28,784 nucleotides of DNA from Bugula neritina (Eukaryota > Animalia > Bryozoa). The notes under the pieces are model-generated. The model was given only the letters and a program-made list of their open reading frames with translations, searched no databases and had not been told where the DNA came from. Location of the stretch: positions 47,376-76,159 of the forward strand of contig CAXIUT010000138.1 of NCBI GenBank assembly GCA_964035545.1. The letters run 5' to 3'. The number at the start of each line of letters is the position of its first letter. The first letter of the stretch is position 1. Both the position numbers and the translations under genes were made by a program. Positions 1-13,658 of the stretch are shown here, piece after piece.

Positions 1-80
1 CCCAACCCCAACCCCAACCCCAACCCCAACCCCAACCCCAACCCAACCCCAACCCCAACCCCAACCCCAACCCCAACCCC
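1..80. repeat. Left telomere, (CCCCAA)n
   Basis: Tandem CCCCAA from base 1 to 80 with one CCCAA variant near 42-46. The C-rich strand at the 5' end is the correct polarity for a left chromosome end. Confidence 0.98.
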
Positions 81-339
81 TATATTGATTTTTATTTATA
101 TTTATTTAGTTTGGAATATTTTATTGATATAAAATGATAATTTATTTATTTTCTTTAAAGAATTTTTAAAAATTAACTTCATAAATTTTTATCAGTACAA
201 AGGAGTAATATTATGAATAATATAAATAGTAATTGTGATTTATATCTATATAAAAATAACTATAAATTGAAAGTGATTTATAAAAACAATCACAATACCT
301 TAAAACCAGCTTTATCTCATAAATAATAAATAAGACTTA

Positions 340-1149
340 ATGAAGTTTTTTACTGATTCAAAATATTATTTGAATATTCCTAGATATTAATTTTAGTTAT
401 ATATAACAAAATTATATAATAAAGAATAGAGACCTTAAATTCGACATGTGATACCTACCTTTAATAACAGTTTTGTTTTTATTTTTAAATATAATTAAGC
501 TCGTAATTTTATGGTCCATACTGATTCAAAAGGAAATATTATTTGGATTATGAATCTTAAATTTAACATGTATAAAGTTGAACTCTTAGATGATAAAATT
601 ATTATTATTCATCATTCGAATGATAAAGCATTTTATAGATATGATCTTAAATCAGAAATCATTAATCTAGAAAAACAATCATCAATATAAATACTAAATC
701 CTAATCTTTAAATCATTTCTACAACTGTTTTCAACGAGTCTAAAATATTTTGCTTCCAATCTTATACCTAATAATCAATGAAGTTAAAATACTATCATTA
801 TCATAATCTCGTTAATAATAAAAAACCTATTCTCTAGTGGTAATTTGATTTTAATATTTTTAATATGCATCGCTATCAATAAGAATTTGATATTTTTAAA
901 GTTAATAATCACTCCAAAATAGGATGGGTCAGAAAAAATAATATATGTAAATGTTGCTAAAGATTAACTTTCTATTTCTTTTAACTTGATAAATAATTCA
1001 AAGGAAAATTCAGCAGCATAAAAATAAAGAAATATCCTAAATATTTTAATTCTATTTTCGGTTAATAAAATCAAATTTTTTTATATTATTAATATCAACT
1101 AAAGTCAGATTCATACATTATCATAATATCATAAACATATATATCAGAA
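340..1149 (+). CDS. Hypothetical protein, possibly beta-propeller-like; both ends uncertain
   Basis: With TAR=Glu, ATG340 opens a TGA-free frame (MKFFTDSKYY...HTDSKGNIIW...FYRYDL...) that runs in frame into the hydrolase ATG at 1150. A single extra T in the run at 979-982 would instead end it at TGA 987-989. Confidence 0.45.
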
Positions 1150-2241
1150 ATGAATTCCAAACTTGACCCATACTAAAAATATTTCAAACTTTCTCCCAAA
1201 CAAATTAAAAAAATGATAGATTCAGCATAACAAAACAAACACAAAAGTCCCAACCCACAAGGAAATCACATCTTCCCATAAATCAACTTCACACCTTTTA
1301 ACATCTTCAACGAAGAAGGAACTATCACCAAACTAACCACATATCGATATCCAGTCAAAAACCAACCACCAAAAGCAATCATTCTCATGTTCCATGGCTT
1401 GAACTCTCACATGGGGCATGGCGCCCATCTCGCATATGCTTTCGCATAACATGGGTTTTAAACTGTTGGATTCGACCATCGAGGATTCGGACAATCTTAA
1501 GGTTAACCAGGATTTGTCAAGAATTTGCAGTTTCATATTAATGATTGCCTGAAATGGGTTTAAAAAATGAGATAAATGTATAAAGACATGCCTTTTTTTT
1601 GTTTAGGATTGTCTATGGGAGGACTAGCGAGCTACTATTTAACACTTACTCACTCACATCTATTTGAAGGAGCTATTTTGATGGCTCCTGCTCTAAAAAA
1701 TCAAGTAAGCTCTTTTCTTGTTGGATTATCATCTGGTCTGCATTCTCTACTACCTTAAAAAACGAAGTTAATAAAACCAGTTTATGGCAAGGCAAGTAGA
1801 AATCCATAGATAACGGACTTTGTTCAAAAGGATATTTACTCTTATTCAGGAAGAGTTAACTTATCAACAACAACTTTTTTAACTAAAACAATGGACAGAA
1901 GTCCTTAAACTTTTGTTAACTATCGATGCCCATTTCTAATCATTCAAGGAGGTTTAGATAAACTAGTTAATCCATTAGTAGCCTTTGAACTGTTTCAACA
2001 TAGTCCTCTATCTGAATAGGACAAAGATATTCTATTCTATGAAGAAATGTGGCATGATATCTGGCATTAACCTTAAATAGAATAAATTATTGGCAAAATT
2101 ATAAAATGGGTTGATAAAAGAATGGAAATTAATCTTAAAAAATAACATAAAAAATAAAAGAAAGAAAATCATCATAAAGAAAAGTAATAACATAATCATA
2201 AATAAAAGAAAAAATAAATAAACGAACAATAAAGATAATGA
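1150..2241 (+). CDS. Alpha/beta-hydrolase, monoacylglycerol lipase/lysophospholipase-like (Hydrolase_4)
   Basis: Motifs: FHGLNSH, GFDHRGFGQSEG, nucleophile GLSMGG, IIQGGLDKLV (catalytic Asp), MWHDIWHEPE (catalytic His). Continuous with TAR=Glu; TGA at 2239-2241. Confidence 0.92.
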
Positions 2242-2346
2242 TTTCTGCCAATATATCTTTTCTACTATCTCTTAAAGATAAGTTCTTTTTATTTAAAATT
2301 TCTAGTTATTTTTAATTAGATTGATTATTTTTAATTCATAAAAAAA

Positions 2347-4059
2347 TCAGGATTTAGCCATCATTTATTTAAACCCTTCAACAAACATTTCCATTTCTTA
2401 ATTATTTCTAAATTTCAATTGAACATCAATCGGATCTGACACCTTTCTTGAAATAACTCCTTTCATATTTACTATATCATTCTCAACTTAAAGTTTGATA
2501 TGAGATGGTATTAATAATTGTTTTGAAATTGAATTAGAATCTCTTTTGCCGATATTAAGATACATTTTCCAACTTCTTAGCTAATCTTTTATTTATATTT
2601 TTTTCTCACTATTACTTTCAGTATATTCAGACAGTTTTTTCTATATTGATAACATCTATGAACTTGATTCTTTCATAATAATCTACTTTTTCGACTGATT
2701 TTATTTTTTAATCATTCTTTTTATCAAACTTACAATTCTTTTATTGACCTCTCCATTTATTTTAACTTTAGTTTATCCTCGAAAATAGTATTACTCAGTC
2801 TGTTGATTAAAATACCTAACAATTGGCACTTATATCTAATAGATCGTTTCAAAGTTAATTTTTTTGTAAAACATATCATTAAGAATTTATAATATTGATA
2901 TTCTTTCTTCAGGATTTTTAATAAATATTTTTTTAAGTAAATTAACTACCATTTCATTTTAAATATCAAAATATGATACCTATTTCTCTCGAATATGCTG
3001 CAAAATAAAATAAGTGCTACTCCCATCAAAAGGAAATTCTCTAGTATATAGATAATACATCAATACACCTTCATATAAATAAATATACCTAAAACATAAA
3101 ATAAATACCTAAAGACCAAATATCGCTCTTCGAATAATACTTCAAATCGAATAGTTCGCCATCACGACGTCTTATCATCTACGGTGATATGTAGTGCTTT
3201 GAACCGATATATTCCTTGCTTTCGATCAGAGGATCCTCGAGATTGCTTTTTTGTTGGTATAAATTCGAGTTAAATATCTAAAAAGAACCAAAATCTATCA
3301 ATTTTAACCGATATTCATCATCAACTACGAAATTTTAAGCCTGAATAATAGTGCTAATACCTTTATATCTCTATGAGAAACTCCTTGACTTTGCAAATAC
3401 CTCACAATTGAAACAATTTGTGCACAATAATACTTCAATATTTCCTATCTACGATAAAACAAATAATCCCTTTCATAAACCAATCCTAAAACTCTTAATA
3501 ACCCTCCATTTCTTCCCCACTACATTAACATATGTAATTATTTTCCTGTTTTTTATGATTTTATGCCATAATCTATGAGTTTTATTATTCCAGGATGTTT
3601 CAAATTAGACAAAATTTATACTTCTCTTTTGAAATCTTGCTATATCTATTAACTATTTTTACTATTGTTAGGAGCAATAATTGTTTTAAGTGCATATAAT
3701 TATCTTTGTGATGATTATTTATTTTGCTAAGTTTTAATTTTGAATTAATTCTGATTTTTGGCGACCAAATCTACTGTTTTCCCTTAAATACCATTCTGTT
3801 ACTACTTTTACTCATATAAAGTGGTTTCTTTCAAATATTTACATTATTTTTATTCTACCTACTACCTACCCTCAACAATAAAACTTCTATCGTCTTGCTG
3901 TTAATTCAAATAATCTTTTTACTCCCAACTTCTCTATTCCTCTTCCTCCTTCTGATTTTCAATTTTTTAGACCAAGTAGACATCTGAAGTAGCCCCTTTT
4001 CCAATAAAATTAATTTTTCTATATATTCCGCTTTTCAACTTTACTGTTATTCTCTCCAT
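2347..4059 (-). CDS. Ser/Thr protein kinase, AGC/PDK1-like; introns 3341-3360 and 3069-3108
   Basis: Motifs: IGKGATSDV, YALK, HRDIK|AENF, LIDFG, YISPEM, DIWSLG|VLMY, FPF. Removing 20+40 nt restores subdomains VIb and IX. About 550 aa; stop TGA at 2347-2349. Subfamily assignment is tentative. Confidence 0.88.
3069..3108 (-). other. Two abutting 20-nt GT-AG introns (3089-3108, 3069-3088) or one 40-nt intron with an internal AG/GT
   Basis: GTATTTATTTTATGTTTTAG|GTATATTTATTTATATGAAG. All 40 nt must be removed to give DIWSLGVLMYYLYT. Confidence 0.85.
3341..3360 (-). other. 20-nt spliceosomal intron GTATTAGCACTATTATTCAG
   Basis: Interrupts the catalytic loop; removal gives HRDIK-AEN and restores the frame. 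Confidence 0.9.
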
Positions 4060-4108
4060 AATATAACTCTATTCGATTAAACCCTAATTCTATTATTTAA
4101 ATCATTCC

Positions 4109-5650
<1,542 letters not shown>

Positions 5651-5691
5651 TAAATATGATTTGAATCCTATCATATGAATAAATATAAATA

Positions 5692-7353
5692 ATGGCAACT
5701 CTGAATAAAATTAACACCCCATCAGCCAACCTAGCCAACTCCTCCCAGTAATTCCAAGACTTCATCCACCATATAAGACCTAAATTATCTCCATCTCATT
5801 CCCGCAATGCCCCATCTTAGACTCCTTTCTCTGACAACATACCTTCACAAGCCATTTCAAGCAAGTAGATGTATAGCTAAGCTGAATATTCTCTTTATGT
5901 AGCTTCTACTCGATCTCCAGAAATTAGTGGAGGAAAATATGATGGCGATTCTACTTTGAGGAATCGAAATCGAATGGGACATGCCAATCGTCACGCAGTC
6001 AAACAGTTTCAAATTCCTTCTCACTTTTTTACACAAACTAAACACCAACTACAACAACATTTCAAACAGTCTTACGTGAAAGATAGCGGAGATAATAATA
6101 TAGTAAAGCAGTCAAGATTGTCAAATGGTGGTTAGTAGAAAGAGCAGACAACTATGAGATAGAGCAAAATTATCAAGAAAGGAAACAAACATAAATTGTT
6201 CGATGCTAATACATAGAAAGTCATTAAACATTGTCTCATGAATAGATTAACTCCAGAAACAGAAGTCAAATAAATGTATCATTTCTTCACAAAACTGTTA
6301 TCTCTTATTGACTGCTAAATCACTAACCCAAAACTGTAGAGTCACGAAGATTATATCTTCTATGGCAATCAGAACAAATCTCTTCTGAATACAGAAGGAA
6401 TTTTGTTATATTCATAGGCTATATATTTGGGTGAACTGCGTCAATATCATATTTTAAACGGCTATGGAGTATATATTTAATTTGATTCTTTGGCTATTTA
6501 TAAAGGATATTTTAAAAATGGGAAGATGAGTGGAGTATTCGATGTTAAAAAGTAGAAAGAGTCATACTGTGGATAGCTATTGAATCGACAATATCATGGA
6601 TATGGCAAACTTATTAATCATAATGGTACGTTTTAAGGTTTGTTTAAAGAAGGAAAAATTATATAAAATCATCATGATAAAAATAACAAAAATGGAAAAA
6701 CTGGAATAATGCATTCTTCTATGACTGAATTCCCTTCTCATAATAAAAACAGTCAAATCAAACAAGGAAATGGTTCTACTTTTGTCAATAAAATGCATAA
6801 AGAACCAATTCCTAATAACTATTAGCAATATAATTATAAATAACCCAGTGGTCACTATGATTAACATTATGGATAAAGTACATATATGAATGGGTCTCAG
6901 AGCAGATATCGCTCTTACAATAAACCTAAAGAATCACATAGTGATATGATGGAATTCAGTTATCCTTTCGGTCATTAGCTACCATAATACTCAACGAACT
7001 TTAAAAAGAACTATCGATCAAGAATCAGAGGAAAACCTCAAAGTCATAACAGATATCCCGAACAAGAATTTCATCAAGATCAGAATCGAAGTCATAGGTA
7101 TAGACAGAGTCACTAAAGATACAACAATCCAGAACAAAACTAAGGCAAAATATATTCCAAACATAACTATCAGTATCAACCATAAGATAACTACAATAGT
7201 ACATATTACTAAAATGGTCATTAGAACAACTATTATCATTAAAAATCCAGAGTAAATCAAAATCATATTAAAAGAAGAGGCTACATTTCAAGTAAAAAAG
7301 AACGAATTGACTCCACGTATGGATAGTAGCCTCCTCTGCGCTATAATGTATGA
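5692..7353 (+). CDS. MORN-repeat-containing protein with low-complexity tails
   Basis: 553-aa TGA-free frame. Central repeats YLGELRQYHILNGYGVY, YKGYFKNGKMSG, YCGELLNRQYHGYGKL and FEGLFKEG match the MORN consensus. Confidence 0.8.
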
Positions 7354-7400
7354 TCATCTTGATAATATAATCTTTATCATATAAAAATATATAACAAAAT

Positions 7401-9208
7401 ATGCAACCAACTCGCAGTGAAGGACCACAGTCACTAGCAACCCTAACAACCACTCTTAATCAAGGCCAAGTCAATCCTCTTCACTCCTTCTATCACTCTC
7501 TATTGGCCAATTGCGAATACCCTCTCCTCTCACGTCTATTATTCCTTCAACTCCTAACTAAATAAAACGTGCTTTTATACTCTTCTCGTCGCGCATAGAT
7601 CAAGTAGGCTTGGCTGGGTCTTGCTCATAAACTTGGCAATAAAAATCATTTTCTTTACATTATCGATCATGAAACTAAAATATAGGAGATTTTTGTGACA
7701 TCACAAGAAGAAAGAAGGGTCTTACTGTTTGATTTAGGGAAAGTTAGTACTCAGGCATTGAATTATATACTTAACCATAATACAGTCGATATAACTATTT
7801 TAGCTATTGAAGATGAAAGTCGACCTCTTCGTTCATAATTATCAGATTTATTTCCTCTTATCTTTATCGATTAAAATGAAGAAAACTAAAATTAAAATTA
7901 CAATCATGTACATCATCAAATTTCTTTTGACAAGGAAAGGTTTCAGACTACAGTAGCTACTAACTATTCCCAAACAATGGATAATAAACAGTAATAACCC
8001 TTCTTTAAACCATATCTTACTCTTCTTAAATAAAAAACATCCAGCTAAGGCGTAGTACTCCCTCATAGTCGATGGAAAAAAATGACCAAAATATTGCAAT
8101 TGATAGGTTTGACCAGAGTAGACGGAACTTTCAAAAATGTATCACCTGTTGATTGTATCCTAGCACCTGAGTGTTTGGGGAGGACACCTAACTAACTTCA
8201 AACTATAATTAAAGTTAATTAAACCATATTGCTATAGATGGCCTCGCTTTATGGTCTACATCGATGGAACAAACAGCTATCTTCTCATTTCTGGATAACT
8301 CCAACAAAAAAGACATATTTTCTTTCTTTAATAAACAAACTTAAAACAAGACCTTCTTTCTATTACCCTTGCTCAAAATATCCACAAATAGTTACTATCC
8401 AACCATCACCTCCTCTCCTTCGTATAACTTTATCAACTTAGACTATCGTATCATTGGCTATGACAAAAAACTTCTCAGTGATAAATACATAGCAGTAGAT
8501 AGCAACCATTCTTACAGACTAACTCTCAAATACAAAACAGATGATAAAGTTATAATTCATTTAGGTTTGGCTTGCTATGATGCCAATCGCTTAATTATCG
8601 ATCCTCTTCAAGTACTTTATCTAGCTATTTAGGTCTGTAGATATGAAAATACTGCTGTCACCATTGATTCAGTGGATAATTCTACAATAAGAGTGAGAAA
8701 CTAGGATGTAGACATACTTAAAAGATGGAAATAGAGTGATAGTTTTGGATATTAAAGATGTATTGGATTTTATTTAAACGGAGACATCAATCGAGGACTA
8801 ACACCTTAATAAGTAATTTCTGCTGACAACCCATACAGCAAATAACAATAAAACGGAATATTCAAAAAAATACTATAAAACAAAATAGAACTAACACAAA
8901 ATGGAACAAAACAAATAAAAAAGATAAAATCACAAATAATCGACGGCACGACTAAAATAATGAATCACTATCAAGGTGGTAGCTATGTGATAGCTGGGAC
9001 AGTAAAAGGAAATCAGCCTGAATGGAAATAGTTGTCATATGTTTTTAAAGGGTAAGGAAGGAATAATAATGGAGAGGAGATGTTTGTTGGGACTTGTTGG
9101 GTTAGAGTGGTGCTTTTATTGAATTATAATAGTGGGTATCCTGATTTTAAACTTTAAAAGAAAGATGCAGCTATTGATATTAGAGATATTTAGTGGAGTT
9201 CTGCTTGA
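7401..9208 (+). CDS. Degenerate RavA/MoxR-like AAA+ domain joined to a C-terminal beta-rich domain; frame change at ~8210-8280 unresolved; probable 21-nt intron 8612-8632
   Basis: The first frame contains RLLFLQLLTKENVLL and HSRWKKMTKILQ...VSPVDCILAPECL, resembling RavA as I recall it. The second frame runs from ~8280 to TGA 9206-9208. A 23-nt GT-AG (8254-8276) or a 1-nt indel would join them. Confidence 0.6.
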
Positions 9209-9239
9209 TTGTTATTATAGTATTATTTTGATGCATATA

Positions 9240-11109
9240 TCATTATTTCTTTAATTTATTGCCATCCTCTTTCAGATCTATTTAACTCTATTACTATTAT
9301 TTCAATTTTACTTCGCTTTTCTATTCTTCTTCCTGAACAACTATCTCAACTTTCCCTTTATTTCTATACATAATCATCTGCATGATTAAAAGAACAGCTA
9401 AAACAGCTAAATATCAACAAAAATACCTTATTTTATAGACAACCATTTGATGCTCCAGCAATTATGAAGCTACAATCTCCACATAGATGCATAAGCCAAT
9501 AGAGATAACAATGTTATTCTTAGAACAGTTGCTTTTTATACATTTTTTAATTTGAAATTCAATATTATTTGAGGAACCATCACTAGTAGATAAAAGTATT
9601 CTCTAAGTAGTTAGCCAACTTAAGCAAAACTCCATAGTAAGACCACGATAGGACTAACATTTACATTACTAAATATTTGAAACCCAGAATGCAATAATTT
9701 TTTCCAACTAAAATCAATTTACCCAAAAAGATGATAACAGATATTAACTACAACCATCAAAGCCAATAGATTTTTAATAAAATTAGTAAAAAAGCAATCA
9801 AAAGCACTACATTTATGTTAATTTTTATCAAATCTTTTCTAAATAAAATAAACAACCAACCAATGAATTCCAATTCCAACAAAAAATATCAAAACACCAA
9901 TCAACAACTTCAAACCAACAGCTATTCTGACACTAAACGATATCAATTACAACATAATCCAGATATTAACAAAAGTGCCATAACTTCTTGATATTCCAAC
10001 GTTTTTACTGATAAATATATAAGATAATAAATCGATTGTTACCCATAAACTAAATACTATTAATTTTATGTTTATTTAGTTTTATATATGAGGTAATATT
10101 GTATTGATTTTATCTATTTTTTGTAATGATTATTTATCATCTAATATATAGTTTTTTAATGTTTATATTTTCTATATGATAAATTGTTGATTAAATATCC
10201 AATTCCAAACGTATATTATGTTATCTTTGAAGACTAATTTATATGGCTAAAGATATTTTTAAATAAAGGAGTCAGTTAGTTACAATTTATCTATTCTATT
10301 TTCAATTAGAATAGTTTTTAGTTGATACCCCGACATCAACTTTATTTTCTATGTTATTTTCTTTTATTGAGAACCTAAAGAATTTATATTTTTTTTCCAA
10401 TTCTAAACAATTTGCCAAGGCTAGATAGTCTATTTGGCTAGAACATGTCCAACCAAAGGAACAACCTCGTTGATTTTATTCTATATCTAAAATAACTAGC
10501 TAAGTTTTCGTCTATTCTCTATAAAAGCATCACTTTTCTCAATAACATCAAATATCAAACTCACATTAACCTTCTCCACTTCTTTAAACCTCTTATCAAC
10601 TATCTCATAATTACTATCTGAGGTAAATAGTCCAGGCTATTCCAGTTGCGAAACCATCAACGACGATTCCGGATCATAAGAAATATATAAATTACTATAT
10701 TTCAATACAACAGGTATTTTAGCTTGATTGATTCCTTTGATATTAGTTTTTTTGAATAAATGCAAAAATAATTTTTATTTTCTATTTAAAATTTGTTTTT
10801 TATCTGTAATTTCTACATCAATATATATCTACGTATATTTCTATTTTTTTTAGTTATGTATGCCCCATTATACCAAGAATACAACCTAAGTGAAACACTC
10901 ACATTTTTATTCATATTTGTATTACTCAAACTGATGTTAAATACTATTGGCTAAGTCTGATTGATATTGACTGATATGTTTTTAGGTTTTGATTGCTTGC
11001 CGTCCACTGATGGTGATATCTGAACGATGAAATCAGATTGTTGTGAGGTAGTTAGAGAGATTATGAAGATGATGAGGATTAGGAGTTTTGATAAGATATT
11101 TTGTGACAT
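9240..11109 (-). CDS. CLPTM1-family multipass membrane protein (divergent); intron 9407-9426, plus a 17-nt intron (10886-10902) or an indel
   Basis: N-terminal hydrophobic signal, large lumenal part, then TM helices with GISRS, MVPQIILNFKLKNV and LIMQMIMYR. These correspond to CLPTM1 GLSVRS, MTPQLFINYKLKSV and LYQRWIYR. Confidence 0.72.
9407..9426 (-). other. 20-nt intron GTATTTTTGTTGATATTTAG
   Basis: Removal restores the last TM helix and the frame to the TGA at 9240-9242. Confidence 0.8.
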
Positions 11110-11750
11110 TGTGATTATATTTATATTAAAGTTGATATTGAAAGGAAGATTAAATATTTAATAAATTAGAATATGCTTTTAAGATTGTTTTTAATTATAA
11201 TTTAGAATTTTAATATTCATAATCATAATAGTTGAATATTTTCGAGAAAAAGAGTATCATCTTCAACAAAAAAAATCAATCAAAAAATATTTAAACTAAT
11301 TAATTTCAATCTATTCGGTCTTCATAACTAAAATTTATCATTATTTTTGAATAAATTTATTATAGATTGAAATTATTTAACTATTAATGATTACTTGTCT
11401 GACTTCAAAGTTAATAAAAAAGATCAGAAAAGTATTTATATCAATTCTAATATGCATATAAATTATTATTTATGTTTTTGAAGATATAAATCAAATTCTT
11501 TATCATGCAATATGATCATTAAGTTATTGCATTGTAGTAAATTTTATCAAAAAAATCAAATAAAAACCAATTCACTAACATAGTTTCATATTTCTACATC
11601 GATTTACACATGATAGCTTCATTATTTCATTAAAATATGCTTTATTTTTGTCATTTAGATGTTGATTAATAATAATAAACTATTAGACTTTATTATTTAT
11701 ATCAAAAGGTTATTAAATAAATAGCAATCTAATATTCTGATTATTTAACA

Positions 11751-13478
11751 TCATTATTTTTCAACTTACTTCTCTTATACTTTTTTTATACGTCCTTCTG
11801 TTTCAGGACAAATAGCTGTCAACTTCCTTCCATCATCATTCAAAACAAATCCACTTCGAAGATCTTTGATCCTCCCCATTCTCACCGAAACCTTCCGAGC
11901 CAACTTCAAATGCATCACAGGAAACTCAGGTAACTAATCTTTAGATAAAGGCGCCTCTTCTTCTAAAACCTTTACACTCTCAAATTCCTGATGAGTATCA
12001 GGTGCTTTGAAAAATTTAAGCAAAAGATATAACATAGTACTACCTTTTACTTCATCAATTATCAAAGTACCCTCCTTCAACATAGTAAAACTATCTCCAC
12101 CACGAGCCTGAAAAGCAGTCGTACATAGCGCATAAACGCTATTTTTATTTAAGGGTTTATCTCGAATAAATACCTCTTGAACTCTTGGATTTTTATTAGG
12201 ATTGAAAGTAAACTTAATTCCAGAAATAAATAAGAACTGACCACTATATGAAGGATACGATGATACTGATAATTAGAGCATATCTAATATAGCCTATCCT
12301 TTCACTTATTTAACCACCATCGGAGAATCAATAATATTCGACACTTTAGAATATTTCAACCTCCCCTTCTTAATTACAATATCATTTCTCACCATACCAG
12401 AATTGATAGCACAGCAATCAGCGTCATAGTACAATCTGGCTAGATCAGATAAGAAGTTGCCATAGTTGCTTTCCTCTGTCCTTATTTTAGTAAATCTGGT
12501 CTACAATTCAGTTTAGGTGTACCCCACTACATCATCAAATTGTTTATACTACTACATCAAATGATCAACATATTCTTTTAGTTATTTATCAACTTACTAA
12601 AATATAGGCACCTCGTATATTTTCCATTAAAAATTAACACGAACACCTCTATACTCTGTCTCCCTACTAGGTAAATACAGATGTATCAAGCCAACATGAT
12701 TAAAATTGGTTCCACTTTTGATAACAGGCACTTGATTGATAAATTCCTCAAGAATAACATGGTCATGTCCTCCCAGCACAAGATCAACTCCTTATACTTT
12801 ATCTGGAAATTAAATATCTGATCCATTTCGCATATGAGTCAACGCTATAACTAAATGACATCTCAACGATTCTCTCAAATATTTAGCCGTACGATTAGCA
12901 AATCTATCCCATTCTTAAAAATCAAGTATACCGTCATATTCATCATTGAGGATTCCATTCCAATCAGAACCAGCTATCCCCATAATACCAATTTTTAGTC
13001 CATTGTGTTTCTTAACCAAATATGGCAGTCCATCACCAAGCTACTTCCCTGTTGCGAAATAAGTAATATTACCCAAAAGCCATGGAAAATTACATTATTT
13101 AGTCAATTTTAATGTATGATCAATTCCAAAATCAAACTAGTGATTTCCATAGCAAGCAGCATCTATTTTGAGAGTATTCATCGCATGCACCATCTGCCAT
13201 CCGTCTTTGATATTGGTCAAAGTCGATGGAGACAAACAATCTCCTGAAAACAAAGTCAAAGCATCAGGATACTACCTACGTAGCTATTATATTTGGGCTT
13301 TGAAATTGCAAATATCTCTAGAACCATTTCGAGATTGAATGTCATAGACATCGTTGAAATGGATTATTGAGAGGACAGGTTTTGTATGGTCTTTTACACA
13401 TTTTTAGATTGTAGTTGAAAATGTAGATGAAGAACTCAGTTTGTTTGTTAGGTTTTGCTATGATTTAGATAACTACAT
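11751..13478 (-). CDS. 5'-nucleotidase (metallophosphoesterase plus 5'-nucleotidase C-terminal domain)
   Basis: Motifs: IIHFNDVY, LFSGDCLSPS, YGNHEFDFG, ALTHMR, LGGHDH, INSGMVRND, GQFLFISGI, ICPETEGRI. 575 aa, uninterrupted. Confidence 0.93.
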
Positions 13479-13658
13479 CAACTATCACTTATCTTTAATT
13501 ATTAAGATTTGGATATCAAATACAAGTAATATTATTTTTATTTTGATAAATAATAATTAATATTTTGAAATGATTGTTATAGGATATCGATATAATGCTG
13601 TTCTATGATTCAATAATAGAAATAATATCAAATAAATAATTTAGATATTTTAATAGAT

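Noticed and set aside
81-130. Conserved chromosome-breakage motif next to telomeres
   Set aside because: The three telomere-adjacent sequences (TATATTGATT, TGATAAAATA, ATATGAATAG) share only AT-richness and a loose TGA at differing offsets.
9400-10010. KDEL receptor (ERD2)/PQ-loop assignment for the membrane protein
   Set aside because: PQIILNFKLKNV, the terminal Q..MYR motif and the large lumenal domain fit CLPTM1 better.
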